Both the position numbers and the translations under genes were made by a program. The notes beneath the pieces are model-generated. The model was not told the origin of the DNA. It was given only the letters and a program-made list of their open reading frames with translations, and ran no database searches. A DNA stretch of 64,000 nucleotides from the human T2T-CHM13v2.0 reference genome, Homo sapiens: assembly GCF_009914755.1 (NCBI RefSeq), contig NC_060929.1; one strand, 5' to 3'. How positions within the stretch are numbered: the first letter of the stretch is position 1; each line of letters opens with the position of its first letter. Positions 13,301 through 24,948 of this stretch are shown here, piece by piece.

Positions 13301-14694
13301 ACTTCCAACCTTCAGTTTTCCCAAAGAATACTTTTCTCCAAGAAAGATAGAATTCCTGTGCTCCAGGCATGCATTATAGCCTTATAAACTAGGAATGGGC
13401 CCCATTCCCCACCGATTCCTGAGGCCAGCAAACTCTCTCTAATGGGGGACAGGGCTAGAGGCGAGTGAAGCTCACGGTGTTTCCTAGCCATGGGGCATTT
13501 TTCTCTTCCAGAGGCACCTGAAGGAAGGGAATTTTAGAGTGTTCTCCTTGTGTAATGGGGATATATTTGATAAAAGGACAAGAAGCCCACCACATGTGGG
13601 GAGCTGTGAGCCCTTTCAGGTCTAGGAGGGAGATAATAGGCTGGGAGCAGGTTTGAAGTCTATTCCTGATGACTGGCTTCAGTCATGTATACCAGCAATT
13701 CCGAAGCTTAAAAGCAGGAATCAAACCTCAGTCCGAGTTCTCTAATCTCTTAGCTTCACTTTCCTCCTCTTGGGCATAGTAATTTCTATCTTGTAGCATC
13801 TTTGGGAAAGATAAATGAGATAACCCATGTAAAGGCCCTGGCCAAGGGCCTAGACCATTAGAAAAAAAATTAAAAAAACATAAAAAAAGACAGCTATCAT
13901 TGTTGTTGATGATGCTGTGGCTGCTATTGTTCCCTTAAAAATATTTGAAGAATAAAAAATATTTTGTAAGGCGTTAGCCTAATTCGAGGAAAATGCAATA
14001 TTGTTTTGCTTTTGGCAAGAGCTTCCTGCAGAGTTTCGCCATGAATTGTATGATTCTAACACTGTAGCAAGGGTGTTGCAAGATGCCTATGACCTTATAA
14101 CCAAGTGGAAAGAGACAGGAGGTGCTTGCTGTTCTCTGTCATCTAAGTGGTGTTGGTGTGGTAGGGACATAACTGGAAGAAGGTTGTGGCACAAACTGAG
14201 GATCAAGAGTTCATAAAATTATACCGATTTGGCTCAATGAGTCACCGTGGAGAGACCAACAGTGCCATCAAACTGGTAATGACTTGTACTGAACTGGTTG
14301 GCTAGTGGCTTTCTTTCTGCCCTGTGTCTCTTAGGAAAGAGCCATTGTCAATATTTAAAAAAAAAATCTTCAGGGGCTCCTGGCCCTGCCTCATGTTAGG
14401 AACAATTGTGTACCAACATGCTTTACCATGCTGCAAAATTTAGGATCCTGTGGCTGAAATATTTTGTAAGAAATGATGCATCCTGAATTTATCATTGAAT
14501 TTCAAGTCTTGAAATAAGTAAGTTCACATTTCCTTGTTTTGGCATAGAAGTGTTTAGCTGATTAAAGTTTTTGGCACTTGTTTTGCATTTCCTCTGAGAG
14601 GGCACTAATGTATGAGAGAAGGTAAACCGAACCTTCTAAGGGAAAGGAAAGTTAAGGAGGCAGGAAAAGCATCTATAGCTCTGTTTTCGGGATT

Positions 14695-14920
14695 TAAGAG
14701 TATAGGTTCTGGAGGCAGACTGCTCAGCAGACTGGAGCCAGGTCCCAAGTCTGGCTTTGCCTGTCACTAGCTGTGTGAGCTCTGCCTTAGTGAGTCTCAG
14801 TTTTCTCATCTGTCAAATGGAGGTGACGAGGGCTGTGGTGAGGATCAAGTGAAAAATTCACAAGGAGCCCTTAGCCCAGTGCCTGGCGCTTAGTAAATAT
14901 TCAACAAATGTTATTAGCAA
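14695..14920 (+). mobile_element. MIR SINE (representative; others at ~3640-3810, 6090-6290, 13600-13860, 29880-30050, 30810-31020, 35850-36120, 45400-45640, 49255-49460)
   Basis: MIR core CTCAGTTTTCTCATCTGTCAAATGG and tail GCCTGGCGCTTAGTAAATATTCAA. Confidence 0.7.
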
Positions 14921-15276
14921 TTTGCTGTCTGTAAGGACACCTCTACAGCTACTCAGAATATTCTGAGAGCTAGTGGGTTCTTGGCTAAGGGGAAGATGAA
15001 GAGTATTACTGAATCGACACATTTCATTCTTAGTAAAACGATTTCCCATTTCTGTTGCTTGTGATTTTGAGACTGATGAGGGAATTCTCTCTTTTCCTAA
15101 AAGCCAGCAGGAAAGGGGCCTTTTAGTAGAGTCAGTGTAGCTTTCTGAAGTAAATGGAAGCCTTCTCCATTTGACAGGCATTCAGCCTCTAGAAGCAACG
15201 CGGCTCTCCTCCCATACACATTGCCATCCTTGCTGGGTGGCCCCTTCACCCAGGCCCTCTGCGGGGCAGTACTCAC

Positions 15277-15488
15277 TCGTGCAGCAGCAAGTCCTTGAAA
15301 TGGATCATCTCCACTATCACCCGGGTGTTCTCCTGGGCAGCCGCGCACAGGTCGTGCTTGAGGTAGCATTCCCGCTGCAACTGGGACACCATTTCCCTGA
15401 TGGCCGGGCACTTCCGGCTTATGCAGCCGAACCTGTGCCGCAGAGCGTGGGCCTTACATTTCAAGGCGTCTTTGATGAATGACTTGCC
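15277..15488 (-). CDS. STC2: Stanniocalcin-2, coding exon 3
   Basis: Translates GKSFIKDALKCKAHALRHRFGCISRKCPAIREMVSQLQRECYLKHDLCAAAQENTRVIVEMIHFKDLLLH(E). Acceptor TCTCAG|, donor GA|GTGAGT, 212 nt. Cys120 (TGC, 15423-15425), the residue known to bond covalently to PAPP-A, is present. Confidence 0.99.
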
Positions 15489-17925
15489 CTGAGAACACAC
15501 AGGCCGGGGAAGGGAGAGAGGGGCAGAAAGCAGAAGACCTCGTTACATGCTTGGACATTTCAGCCCTTCTTGGGCTTACACAGGATATTTCTGACATCAG
15601 AACCCCAAGGCCCCACCAGAGACGGACGTCCTCCCAGGTGACAGGCAATGCGACATCCGGAGGCACGTCCAGAGTGACATGACACCCCCAGCACTGGGCA
15701 ACAAGGGATGTTCATTCTGTAGACGAACACATCTCCCTCCTTCCTCCCTGGCTACTCTGTGAGTTTCCCTCCAACGGGGGCTTCCGTGGCTATGTGTCCC
15801 TCAGGTAGCCCTGTGTTGGTTGTGTGGTGGCAACTTTTCTGGAACACAAAGGGAATTTGGCCAGACACAAATCCATAAATCCCTCACGGTTCTCACAAGC
15901 AGTCTTCCCTAAGTGGAAGGTGCCTGCATGTCCAAATCTCACACGTTTCCTTTTTCCCTTGATTCCAGGGGCGACACCGAGATTGATTGCTGATTGTACC
16001 TCCCTTTCTGCCTCCGTGCCTCCCACGCCCCAAATCCATACCCTTGTCTCCTCCTACCCTACCAGGAAGAGCGCTCTTTTCCTTTTTGAAAATGACTCTA
16101 CTCCTTTAAACTGTTCGGATTATTGCCTCTAAAAGGCTGGCCTGGCACCCTGCCTGGCAGCATCTGGAGTCTGAACTGCCGCACTGGCGGCCCCTCCCCC
16201 ACGCTCCCTGCCTCCGAGTGGCGAAGGCAGCCAGGCATACATCTGGCCTGCAGTTCTCTTTCCTGGCAACCCCGTCTGATTGTGCTTATCCTAGAAAGGA
16301 GACAGCTGTTGGGGGTGTGGAGGCGAGCTCGGTGCTGCTCCCTTATCAACCTCGCGCAGCCCGGAGGCATTGTGGGATGCCTACCCGGGAATCCCCGCAC
16401 CCCACATTACTATAGAAACTAGCTGTCGTCGGAGAGGTCACCCCTCTGTTTTTAGACAGGCCCGGAAGTCACTGAGTTGAGAAAGTAAATGGGTTTAGGT
16501 TGGAAGTGGGAAGCCAGCCAGCACATTTATTTTGGTTTTGTCTTTAGCAGCCATAGAAATGTCTACAGATAGCGTCTGATCTCTGAAAAACCATGTGGCC
16601 CGCATGGCCTCCCCGTGGCCCCCTCTCTTTTGACTCTCCAGCCAGAGCCAAACAGAATGGAGGGCAGGGTGTGCCCGTTTATTAAGCAGTTATGTGCTGA
16701 GCATCAACTTGAAAGGGATGTCTCTAACTTGAGAACGTATTCCTGTTGGTTGGGAAAAAAAAGAGGAAGATGAATTTATGCGAGGGCTGTGGCAATCTGT
16801 TCTTGGTATTCTTCCCTGACATCCTGTGGGATTGCCCTTAAATACACGTCTTTCCTCCGGATTTCCTATTACGTTTCCTAATTCCCGTTAATCCAGAGTG
16901 ATGCTTTATTAGGGAGCCTCAAGGAGTTCAAAGTTCTACCTCTTTCCTTCCCTGGTTTCAGTTTCCCCTCTGGCCACACCGCACATCCTCTGCAGTTTAG
17001 GCTGCCAGCCCCGTCTTCGCCTCCCCTCCTTGTTCCCAGGCACTGCTTTGTCAGGCTCACTACTATATGTCAGTGGATGGGGACTGGTGACATCCATAAA
17101 TCTCACCTAAGCTGATGGCCACCTCCAAATGTTGGCATTGCTCTCCAATGAAGCAGGAGAGACGTTTCTGAGATATAGTAACAGGGCGTTTCAACAGGGC
17201 ATATAAGTGGCCAGGGAGAACACGAAGAAGGTGAGTCTGATGCCACATGCCATCTAAAAATGTATTTGCGTTGTTGGCACTGGAGCCATATGTTGCTTGT
17301 TGTGTTCCTGCCTTGCCCTGAGCAGCAACTCCGCGTTCCCCTTGGGACCCTGGGATAACCGAAGTGGGTCAGGCCCTGACTATATTTATCATATAGAGCA
17401 AAAGGAAAGTGTGGAACTGAAGGACTCAATCAGGGTTTCGACCGGTCAGCTTGGGAGAGAAAGATCTGCTACTCAGGAGGAATAGAAGTCTGCTCTTTTG
17501 GAGGTCCTGAGTTATTCGGGTTGGCTGCCCACACACCACATGACGGATTTCTACATACTTTGTGTCTCATTTTCCTAGTAGGTGAAATGACTTCTGAAAT
17601 GTATAATTGGGGGTTCCTGCCCCTGCCTCTCATGCAGTGGGCTTTGGAGACTGAGTTCTGGGTGGCCAGACACAGCGTGTCCCCTTACAAGGTGTTTATC
17701 GTTTATTATGACATTGGTCTCCAGTCCACCCTGCCTGTGTAGACACAGCTTATGAGTGCAGAAGGGAGACACTGGCATAATGTTTTATACCTAGACTGTC
17801 GCTTGCAAGCACTAAAACACACCACAAGGAACAGCAAAGGAAGTTGGTTAACAAGGCTTTCCAATGAACGTTTCAATCATGTATGCTCACCCCAAACATT
17901 CTTCATGCTCTGGATGGATTTTTAC

Positions 17926-18068
17926 CTGGGCATCAAATTTTCCAGCGTTGTGCAGAAAAGTCATGCAAATCCCATGTAAGCCCCGAATCTCACAAGAGTT
18001 GTTCTCGAAACATTCAAACACGCCACACCCCACATCGCCAGCGTTGACCAAACAGTGCTGGATCTCCG
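17926..18068 (-). CDS. STC2: Stanniocalcin-2, coding exon 2
   Basis: Translates AEIQHCLVNAGDVGCGVFECFENNSCEIRGLHGICMTFLHNAGKFDAQ, including the stanniocalcin CFENNSC N-glycosylation motif. Acceptor TTTTCCTTTTAG|, donor CAG|GTAAAA. 143 nt, keeps frame with exon 1. Confidence 0.99.
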
Positions 18069-20100
18069 CTAAAAGGAAAATCACATACAAATATATACAA
18101 AACTCTAACCCATGCTGGGCAATGCAGAGAGGTCATTTGAAATAAAAGTTAACAACTAAAGGAAAATTTAAGGAGGAAAAAAGACTTAGTAATGACTATT
18201 TCAGGACCTAAAAAGCCTGGGAAACAAAATTTCGTCCTTTAATCTACTCATGAAAAATATCTCTATTTGTAAATATTTGTAGAAAAGAGCCGAAAAATTA
18301 CAAAAATTACAACCAGAAGGCTGGTCTGAGCATTCCTCCTTTTCATCCTTTCCATTTTATTAAAGTATTTGTGGGAATACTTAGTTTGAGAGCAAAATAT
18401 ATTTCCGCTTTTTAAACCCACAGACAAAAATAAAATTTTGAGTCGAAGACTGTACTTCATCAATGAAGTACCCTTCTCTACTTGATCTGTAGAAGTTGCT
18501 GCTATTAAATCACAGCCATTTGCTTCCTGACCCCCAAATGACAGCATCTAAAAAGCAGTTTCAATTCAGCTTTATGATTCAACACCTAAAAATCAAAACA
18601 AAATTCCTATTAAGGCAGTGCCTCCCAACCCTTCGCATTAAAATACCAGCTAGGGAAGCTGCGGTTGGCGAGCAGGCTTAGGAGTGGAGTCAGCTGGGGG
18701 CGAGCCTTCAGAAACGCCACTATCAGAGGTTGCAGGCTCCTTTTAATTAGGGATCCGGGTGAGGTATCACCCAATCCCCTAGAATTCCCGCAGCCCGGGA
18801 GGAAGCTTGCAGCCCTTCACCGAATGTGGCCCCCAGTCCTCTCTCGGAAGGGGCAGACGGAGGGAGTTAACTGTCAGGCTGCAGCGTGCAAAGCCTCTTC
18901 CCTCCCTTTCCACTACCCAAGTCTCTGATTTAAATCAACCACAAAATTACATCAGAAAAGTATATTTTGGAAGAAGGGCGGGGTCGGAGCAGATAACCCG
19001 CATCAGATTAAATCTAGCCAGAGAATGAGGGGCGTGTATTGTTGAGGGTCACCGACCACCGAGAATCAGGTTCAGTTCTCAGAGGAAGCGCCAGAGGAGG
19101 GGGAGGGTGGGCGAGGGTCTCGGGGTGGTGGGGGTGCCGGCCCCAGCATGTGGAGGCGACAGGATCCGTAAGACCCCACGCGCCGCCGGGGCAGGACCGC
19201 ACAGGGCCGCCATTCACTCACTTGGGGCGTCCCTAATGGGCACTCGTGCATTCCAGCTCGTGCGGTGAGCGCACGCACGCCGCCGCTGCCGCGTTCACAC
19301 GGCCCCCCAAAGTCGGGGGAGGGGTCGTGGAGCGAAGGAGCTGTAGGCAGATTTTCTTTCTCTTTCCGAGCTGGGAAAAGGGCCAGCCCCGTGCCCTGCA
19401 CGCCTGGCTCTGCTTTGCAGCTTGCCGGTGAGCCAAGAGCCGGTAGAGCAGAGGAGGCGCACGGTTCGGGTCGTGTCACCATTTCTTGGCTTGCTGACCT
19501 GGCCAGGAGCTGGGGATGGCGGCAGCACCGCGGAGGTACGCTTTGCGCTGCCCTCACGCTCCCTTCCGAAAGCAGTGCCCCCAGGGGGAAAGTTCGCAAT
19601 GCCATTTGTCTCGCCGGCAAAGTTCTGGGATGTCGGGCATCTTTTGAGGAGGGGGAAGACGCGGCACCCTTACTGAGGCCGGCAGGCCAGGAAGAGAAGT
19701 TCTCCGGGCGCAGGGCGCAGCCCAGCTCCGGGGACCCTCTGGGCCTCCCGCGTGCCGGCCGGGATGAAGCGCGCTTTGCACCGGACCCGGGATTCGGGGG
19801 CGGGGGCTGGCGCTGGCAGCGTCAGACGCTGCTTCATTTCCCCTCGACCCTGGGGAGGACAGCAACAAGTCCTGCCCCAGCCATTTCATCACCCTGCTAG
19901 CACGTGCAGATTCCGGGCCCTCGGAGCCCGGCGCGGACCTCGCCTTGCCTCGCGCTTCCCTTTGCACGTCCCGTGCCATCCCAAGAGTTTGCGTGGCCCT
20001 GGGTGGGCGCCTGGCTCCCGGCGAAACGCCTGGGGCGCGCCGCGTGGGTGCACGGTGTCCTCTCCCAGTAGCTCCCGGCTGCGGGGGCACATGCACTTAC

Positions 20101-20251
20101 CTGTATTCTGCAGGGACAGGCGGCCTTTCTGCTGGGAGCTCCTGTCTTGGGGACCCTCGGGTGGGTTGGTGGCGTCGGTCCCCCGCGCCGGGTCAAAGGT
20201 GGCCAACACCAAAGCCAGGGTCATGAACTGGCCCAGCCGCTCGGCACACAT
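20101..20251 (-). CDS. STC2: Stanniocalcin-2, coding exon 1 (signal peptide, aa 1-50)
   Basis: Translates MCAERLGQFMTLALVLATFDPARGTDATNPPEGPQDRSSQQKGRLSLQNT. Start context AGAACC-ATG, donor CAG|GTAAGT, 151 nt. Codon 44 is CGC (Arg) at 20120-20122. Confidence 0.99.
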
Positions 20252-20470
20252 GGTTCTTGGTATTAACCTCCCGTCGGGAGACCTGGATCCTTTGTGCTCC
20301 CCTCTTCCTCCTCCTCCTCTTCCTCCTTCGCCGCTTCCCCTCCTCCTCCCACTCTTCCTTTTTGCTCGCCTTTTCCCTCCTCCTCGCGGCCGCGGCTCGG
20401 ATAGAGGTTACCCAGCGCCCTCCCGTAGCTCTCCGGAGAGCATGTGACCAGGCCGTTAGCAGCGCCGCGA
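20252..20470 (-). other. STC2: STC2 5' UTR (TSS approximate), with a GAG/GGA purine-rich tract at ~20297-20385
   Basis: Lies between the start ATG and the core-promoter motifs. The TSS is inferred ~30 nt downstream of an AT-rich GATATTT element at ~20500; upstream TSSs are possible. Confidence 0.55.
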
Positions 20471-20498
20471 GTGCCCGGCAATGGCAGGGATGGTGCCT

Positions 20499-20615
20499 CA
20501 AATATCCCTGGAAGCTCTGGTGTCACTTGAATGAAGGAGTCGAGCAGGTGTTGTCCCGGCGGCTGGACCAATCCGAGACCCCGGCCCTTTTGACAACACG
20601 GCCGGGAGGCGGGGC
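20499..20615 (-). promoter_or_regulatory. STC2 core promoter: AT-rich TATA-like element, CCAAT box, GC box
   Basis: GATATTTG on the minus strand at ~20499-20506, CCAAT at 20568-20572, GGGAGGCGGGGC at 20604-20615. Confidence 0.55.
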
Positions 20616-23600
20616 CTGCGCTCAACTACTACAGGAGGAAGCCGAGCGCCGCTGGGAGCGCCGGACAAAGTTGCCGACCTGGCGGCGGCCACGCGTTTGC
20701 GTGCGTGTGTATGAGTGTGTGTGAGCGCGGCCGGAGATGCGTGCGCGTGTGCGGGTGCTCCAGGGCAATGGTCGAAAGGACTGTACAATATAAGAGCGAA
20801 TCCAAGCTCCAGTTGCTGTTAAAGGGGGACGGTGTGCTCTGGGACAGTGTCCCTGGGGCCCCTGGCTCGCGTCACACCCACATCGGGTTGGGAAAGTTTC
20901 CTCTTTCCGCCGTTTGGAATTCAGTGAGATTCCCAGCCCAGAGGACTTGATAAATTGAAGCAGTTTCCTAGGCACAATGATGCTGTGGGCCAACTGAGCA
21001 CACATGGGAATTCCTGGCCTTGTGACACTTTGCATTAAAAAGAACCCCACGATTGAAGATAGGAGCAGAAGCACTAGATACAGTATTTGGTCTGAGCAAC
21101 TGCCCTATCTTCCCGCTTTGGTGGGCCGTGCAACACCTGGAGTGTCGTTTCTCGTCTTTCCCCTAATCCAGACGCATTCCAGGCTGGGCTGCAGGGATCC
21201 AGGTGACAGTCAGGACTTGCATCATTTCCAGGAGGGTGGCAGGGAGGCCCAAGGCAGCCCTGAGTCAGCCCGCCGCGGAGCATCGCGTGCCCGGAGGCCA
21301 GAGCTTGAAAGGCAACTTTACGCGTCTCCAAACACACTCCTGCATTTTCTCAAAGCGCTGCTCGCCACCCCGCTCCGGGTTCCCTTTTACTCTCCAGTCA
21401 TCCGATGGAAGTGGTGAGAACAAAAACAAAGACAAAAAAGCTAAATCCGGGGAAGTTATCTCCATCTCCTCCCTTTTCTTGTTCGGCCCCCTCCCCAAGA
21501 ACCGCCGGGTCGGGATAGCCCCCGGCTACTTTCTCACCCGGCCCGTGGAGGGAAGGAGAAAGTTGGGCGCCGCTTGGAGCGCCTCTTCCCCTGCTGTGTG
21601 TGTACGTGTGCACGCTCACGTCTCCCCCGCGCCGGGGCCGGGGACAGGAACTGCTCTCGGTCCCGTCACCCCACGGCGCAGCTCGGGGGGCTCGCAGGGC
21701 TGGGGGAGGGCGGGGACACGAGCGCCGCGCCCAAGCGCCCCAGGGCACGCACCCGGCGTTGGCGCGCACTCGCCCCTCCCCCCGTCCCCACCCTCCTCCT
21801 GGAGAACAGGTGAGCCCCGGTACCAGCTCTCGATCCCCCACCCCCGCCCCGCGCCCCGCCCGCGCCCTCTGCGGTAATGCGCCTGGGAAGTTTCATCACC
21901 CACTGCCCAGGCGACGCGGCCCTGGGTCTCCGCGGCGGGGCGCACTGCCCGCCTGGTTGGGGCCGCCATGTGACACGGCTGGGGGAGGGGGCGAGGAGAC
22001 ACGCGGGCAGGTCATCTTTTGGCCGGCGCTTGACTTCCAAAGCTTTCCTTTCCCGTGTCCCGGCTGCACGCGGGAGTGGGGAAGGCGGAGGCGGGGGGCC
22101 AGGATGGCCACGGCTGGCCGCAGCTATCCGGCGTGTCGAGCTCTCCTGAGTCGGAAGGAAGGAGAGGAGGGGGTGGGGAGGGCGTCTTCAGAGTGGGCTT
22201 CCCCTGCGCTGGAGCGCCAGGGAGCATCCATAAATTGTCACTTTGAAGGTCCGAACCTGCGGCGGTAGGGACCATGCCCACTATTCTAATAGCAATTACT
22301 CCGCGCAGCCTTGGATCTTTTGTGCAAGGACGTGCGGGTACAAATACATTAAAACGGCCAGTTCACATTGCCCACCCTGCTTGTGTTTGCATAGTTAACT
22401 TAGCTTCCTAGTTTATGGAAAACTACCTCCTGTAGATCCTTAAAAACAAAGCAAACAAACGACACAGCGGCATTCTGGCCTCTCCTAACTAACTCTTTAA
22501 GGCTCTGAATTTCCTGAGAACAAGTAGCCATTTGGTCCCACTCCTGCTTATGGGTACAGCTGGGTAGACTTTCTTTCTATGTGGCCTCTTTTGTAGGAGA
22601 GAACATGAGCAATATTGACATTAAGAAGGCATCTGGTCACCTGTTTTTTTTTGAGAAGCAGAAATAGGAGAGAGCTCCATGGGGCAGGAGCAAGCCCTCT
22701 TTTGCCAGATGCAGACACTTAGTGTGCTGGGCAGAGGCCTCCCAGGATACCTGGAGCGATGGCCAGGGGGATGGAGCTCTCCCTGCTCCTGCTTTGCCCA
22801 GCCTTTGGCTAGGCCTACCTTTTGCTACCATGGGGCCCCTGGGGCTGCCCTCAGAGGACCTACATAGTTTCAAAGTTCGTCCTGAGGCTGTTTGCTCCTG
22901 CCTTCCAAGGGACATTCCTGGTTTTCACCTGAGCCAACTGCCCCTTTAGAACCAAAAGAACACATAGTAGCTAGAATTGGAGGTGGCGTAAGCACAGGCA
23001 CTAGTTCTTAAGGGTTTATCTCTGGGCCACTTAGCCAAGTCCAAAGCATCCAGATAAGAATGCCCATCTGAGTCCGACCCGCCAAGGCTGTGAAAATTCC
23101 CTTGCAGAATCACTAGGCAGTTTGCTGAAATGGCCAGTCTAGGCCGCAGGGGTAGAAGTGGGATGGGGGCTCAGACTGGTGACTTTGTTGTGATTGACTC
23201 CCCCTCTCTCTGGCTGATTCCTTTAGCTCTATAACTGAGGCCAAGTTTGGCAGACTGTGGCTGATGAGGGTGGGGCAGGGGACAGTAATAATAATCATTA
23301 TTACTATTATATAGCTAACATGACACCGCACCACACACCACACTCATGCCTTTGGTGTCCCTCCAGACCTAGGGCCCTCCCTAGATGGGAACTGAGGCCT
23401 GGGAGGTCTCCTGGATGGACCAGCTGCTGTCCTGAGGTTCAGCAGCACCTGTCTGGATGGGCCCTCCTCCTCAATTTAACGCATACACAGCCAGGAAGAG
23501 GCAGACATGACCTACCTTGTGTCATCCAGGGCCTTCTGTGGTTGACGCCTGGAGCCCATGTTTTCCTGTCTAAATCCACTTTGCTAGTTACATGCGGTCA

Positions 23601-24639
23601 ACACTGAGTGGCAGGTTTTGGGGGAGGGGATATTTGGGTTAGACCATGAAGGATGGGGGAGGATAGTGACAAGTAGAGGCAAGGAAAAAAGTGGGCATGG
23701 GAGGTGGGAGGACCAGCAGGGCTAAATGCATGGAGAGGATCCGGTGGGATTTGTATCAGGAATAGGGGTTGCCCAGTTAGGTGTGAAAGTGGGACATCAA
23801 ACTGGGGAAGTCGGCCAGGGCATGTTGTGAAGGCTGGGCTCCTTGTGACAAATCTGTGCTCCTCACGGAAGATCTGACGGTATTTAAGGATGAGACTGTA
23901 GGGCGCTTTAGACTAGGTTCTCTTTAGGAATTAGGAAATGCTCAGGGGCCCAGAGCTGCCATTGTGGAGAAAGAGCAGAGGAGTGGGAAGGAATTAGTTG
24001 GAATCTTCACGTGCGTCTCGATGCCCAGCAAGACAGACGTGTTCTTGCTCGAGTGTGAGCCGAAGGGGCTTTAGCGGATGGGCATAGTTCGTGGGTGCTG
24101 AGTCAGTGATGTGCAAGTTGACACGTGCTGCCTGGTCCAGGCTTTCTGAGTTCCGGAACCTGAGTGGAGAACATGGCTTACACGTGGGGAGCTCCACCCA
24201 CTGCACGCCCCGCCCCCTTGGGGCCGACTGTCTGGGCTGATGGCACCACCTTATGGTCAGAGAGGGAACTGTCTGGCTACACAGTCCTCACGACTCTGCC
24301 TGCCTGGAAAGTTCTGATATTGGGTCTCCAGCCTTCTCCCCAGTTTCCTTTCCTTTTCTTAGCAAATCAATTAATGCAGATTTAGCCAATCTCCTCGCAA
24401 TAACATGCCTTAATCCCCCCATCAAAGAGATCTCTTTCACACTTATTTTCCCTCTTGCTCCCCTATCCGTTGCTGTTTTCCTTTGTGAGTCTCAAATTTA
24501 CCCTAATCCTGGCTCCTGTGCATCATACCTGTATGAAGGAAAATGAAAAAAGGTATCAAGGTGAAACCGGACAGAAAAAAATAACAAACTGCTGCTATCA
24601 GGCCTCCCAAATTATCTTGCAAGCAGAGGTCTCTCCCTA

Positions 24640-24948
<309 letters not shown>

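Larger units (their letters stand above)
19080..22340. promoter_or_regulatory. CpG island over the STC2 promoter, exon 1 and the start of intron 1
   Basis: Very high GC content and dense CpG, including CGCG runs and a NotI site near 20386-20393, in contrast to CpG-depleted flanks. Confidence 0.92.

Noticed and set aside
19072-22281. Many long overlapping ORFs (up to 231 aa) on both strands around the promoter
   Set aside because: GC-rich CpG-island DNA has few stop codons. The products are Pro/Arg/Gly/Ala-rich with no recognisable domain.
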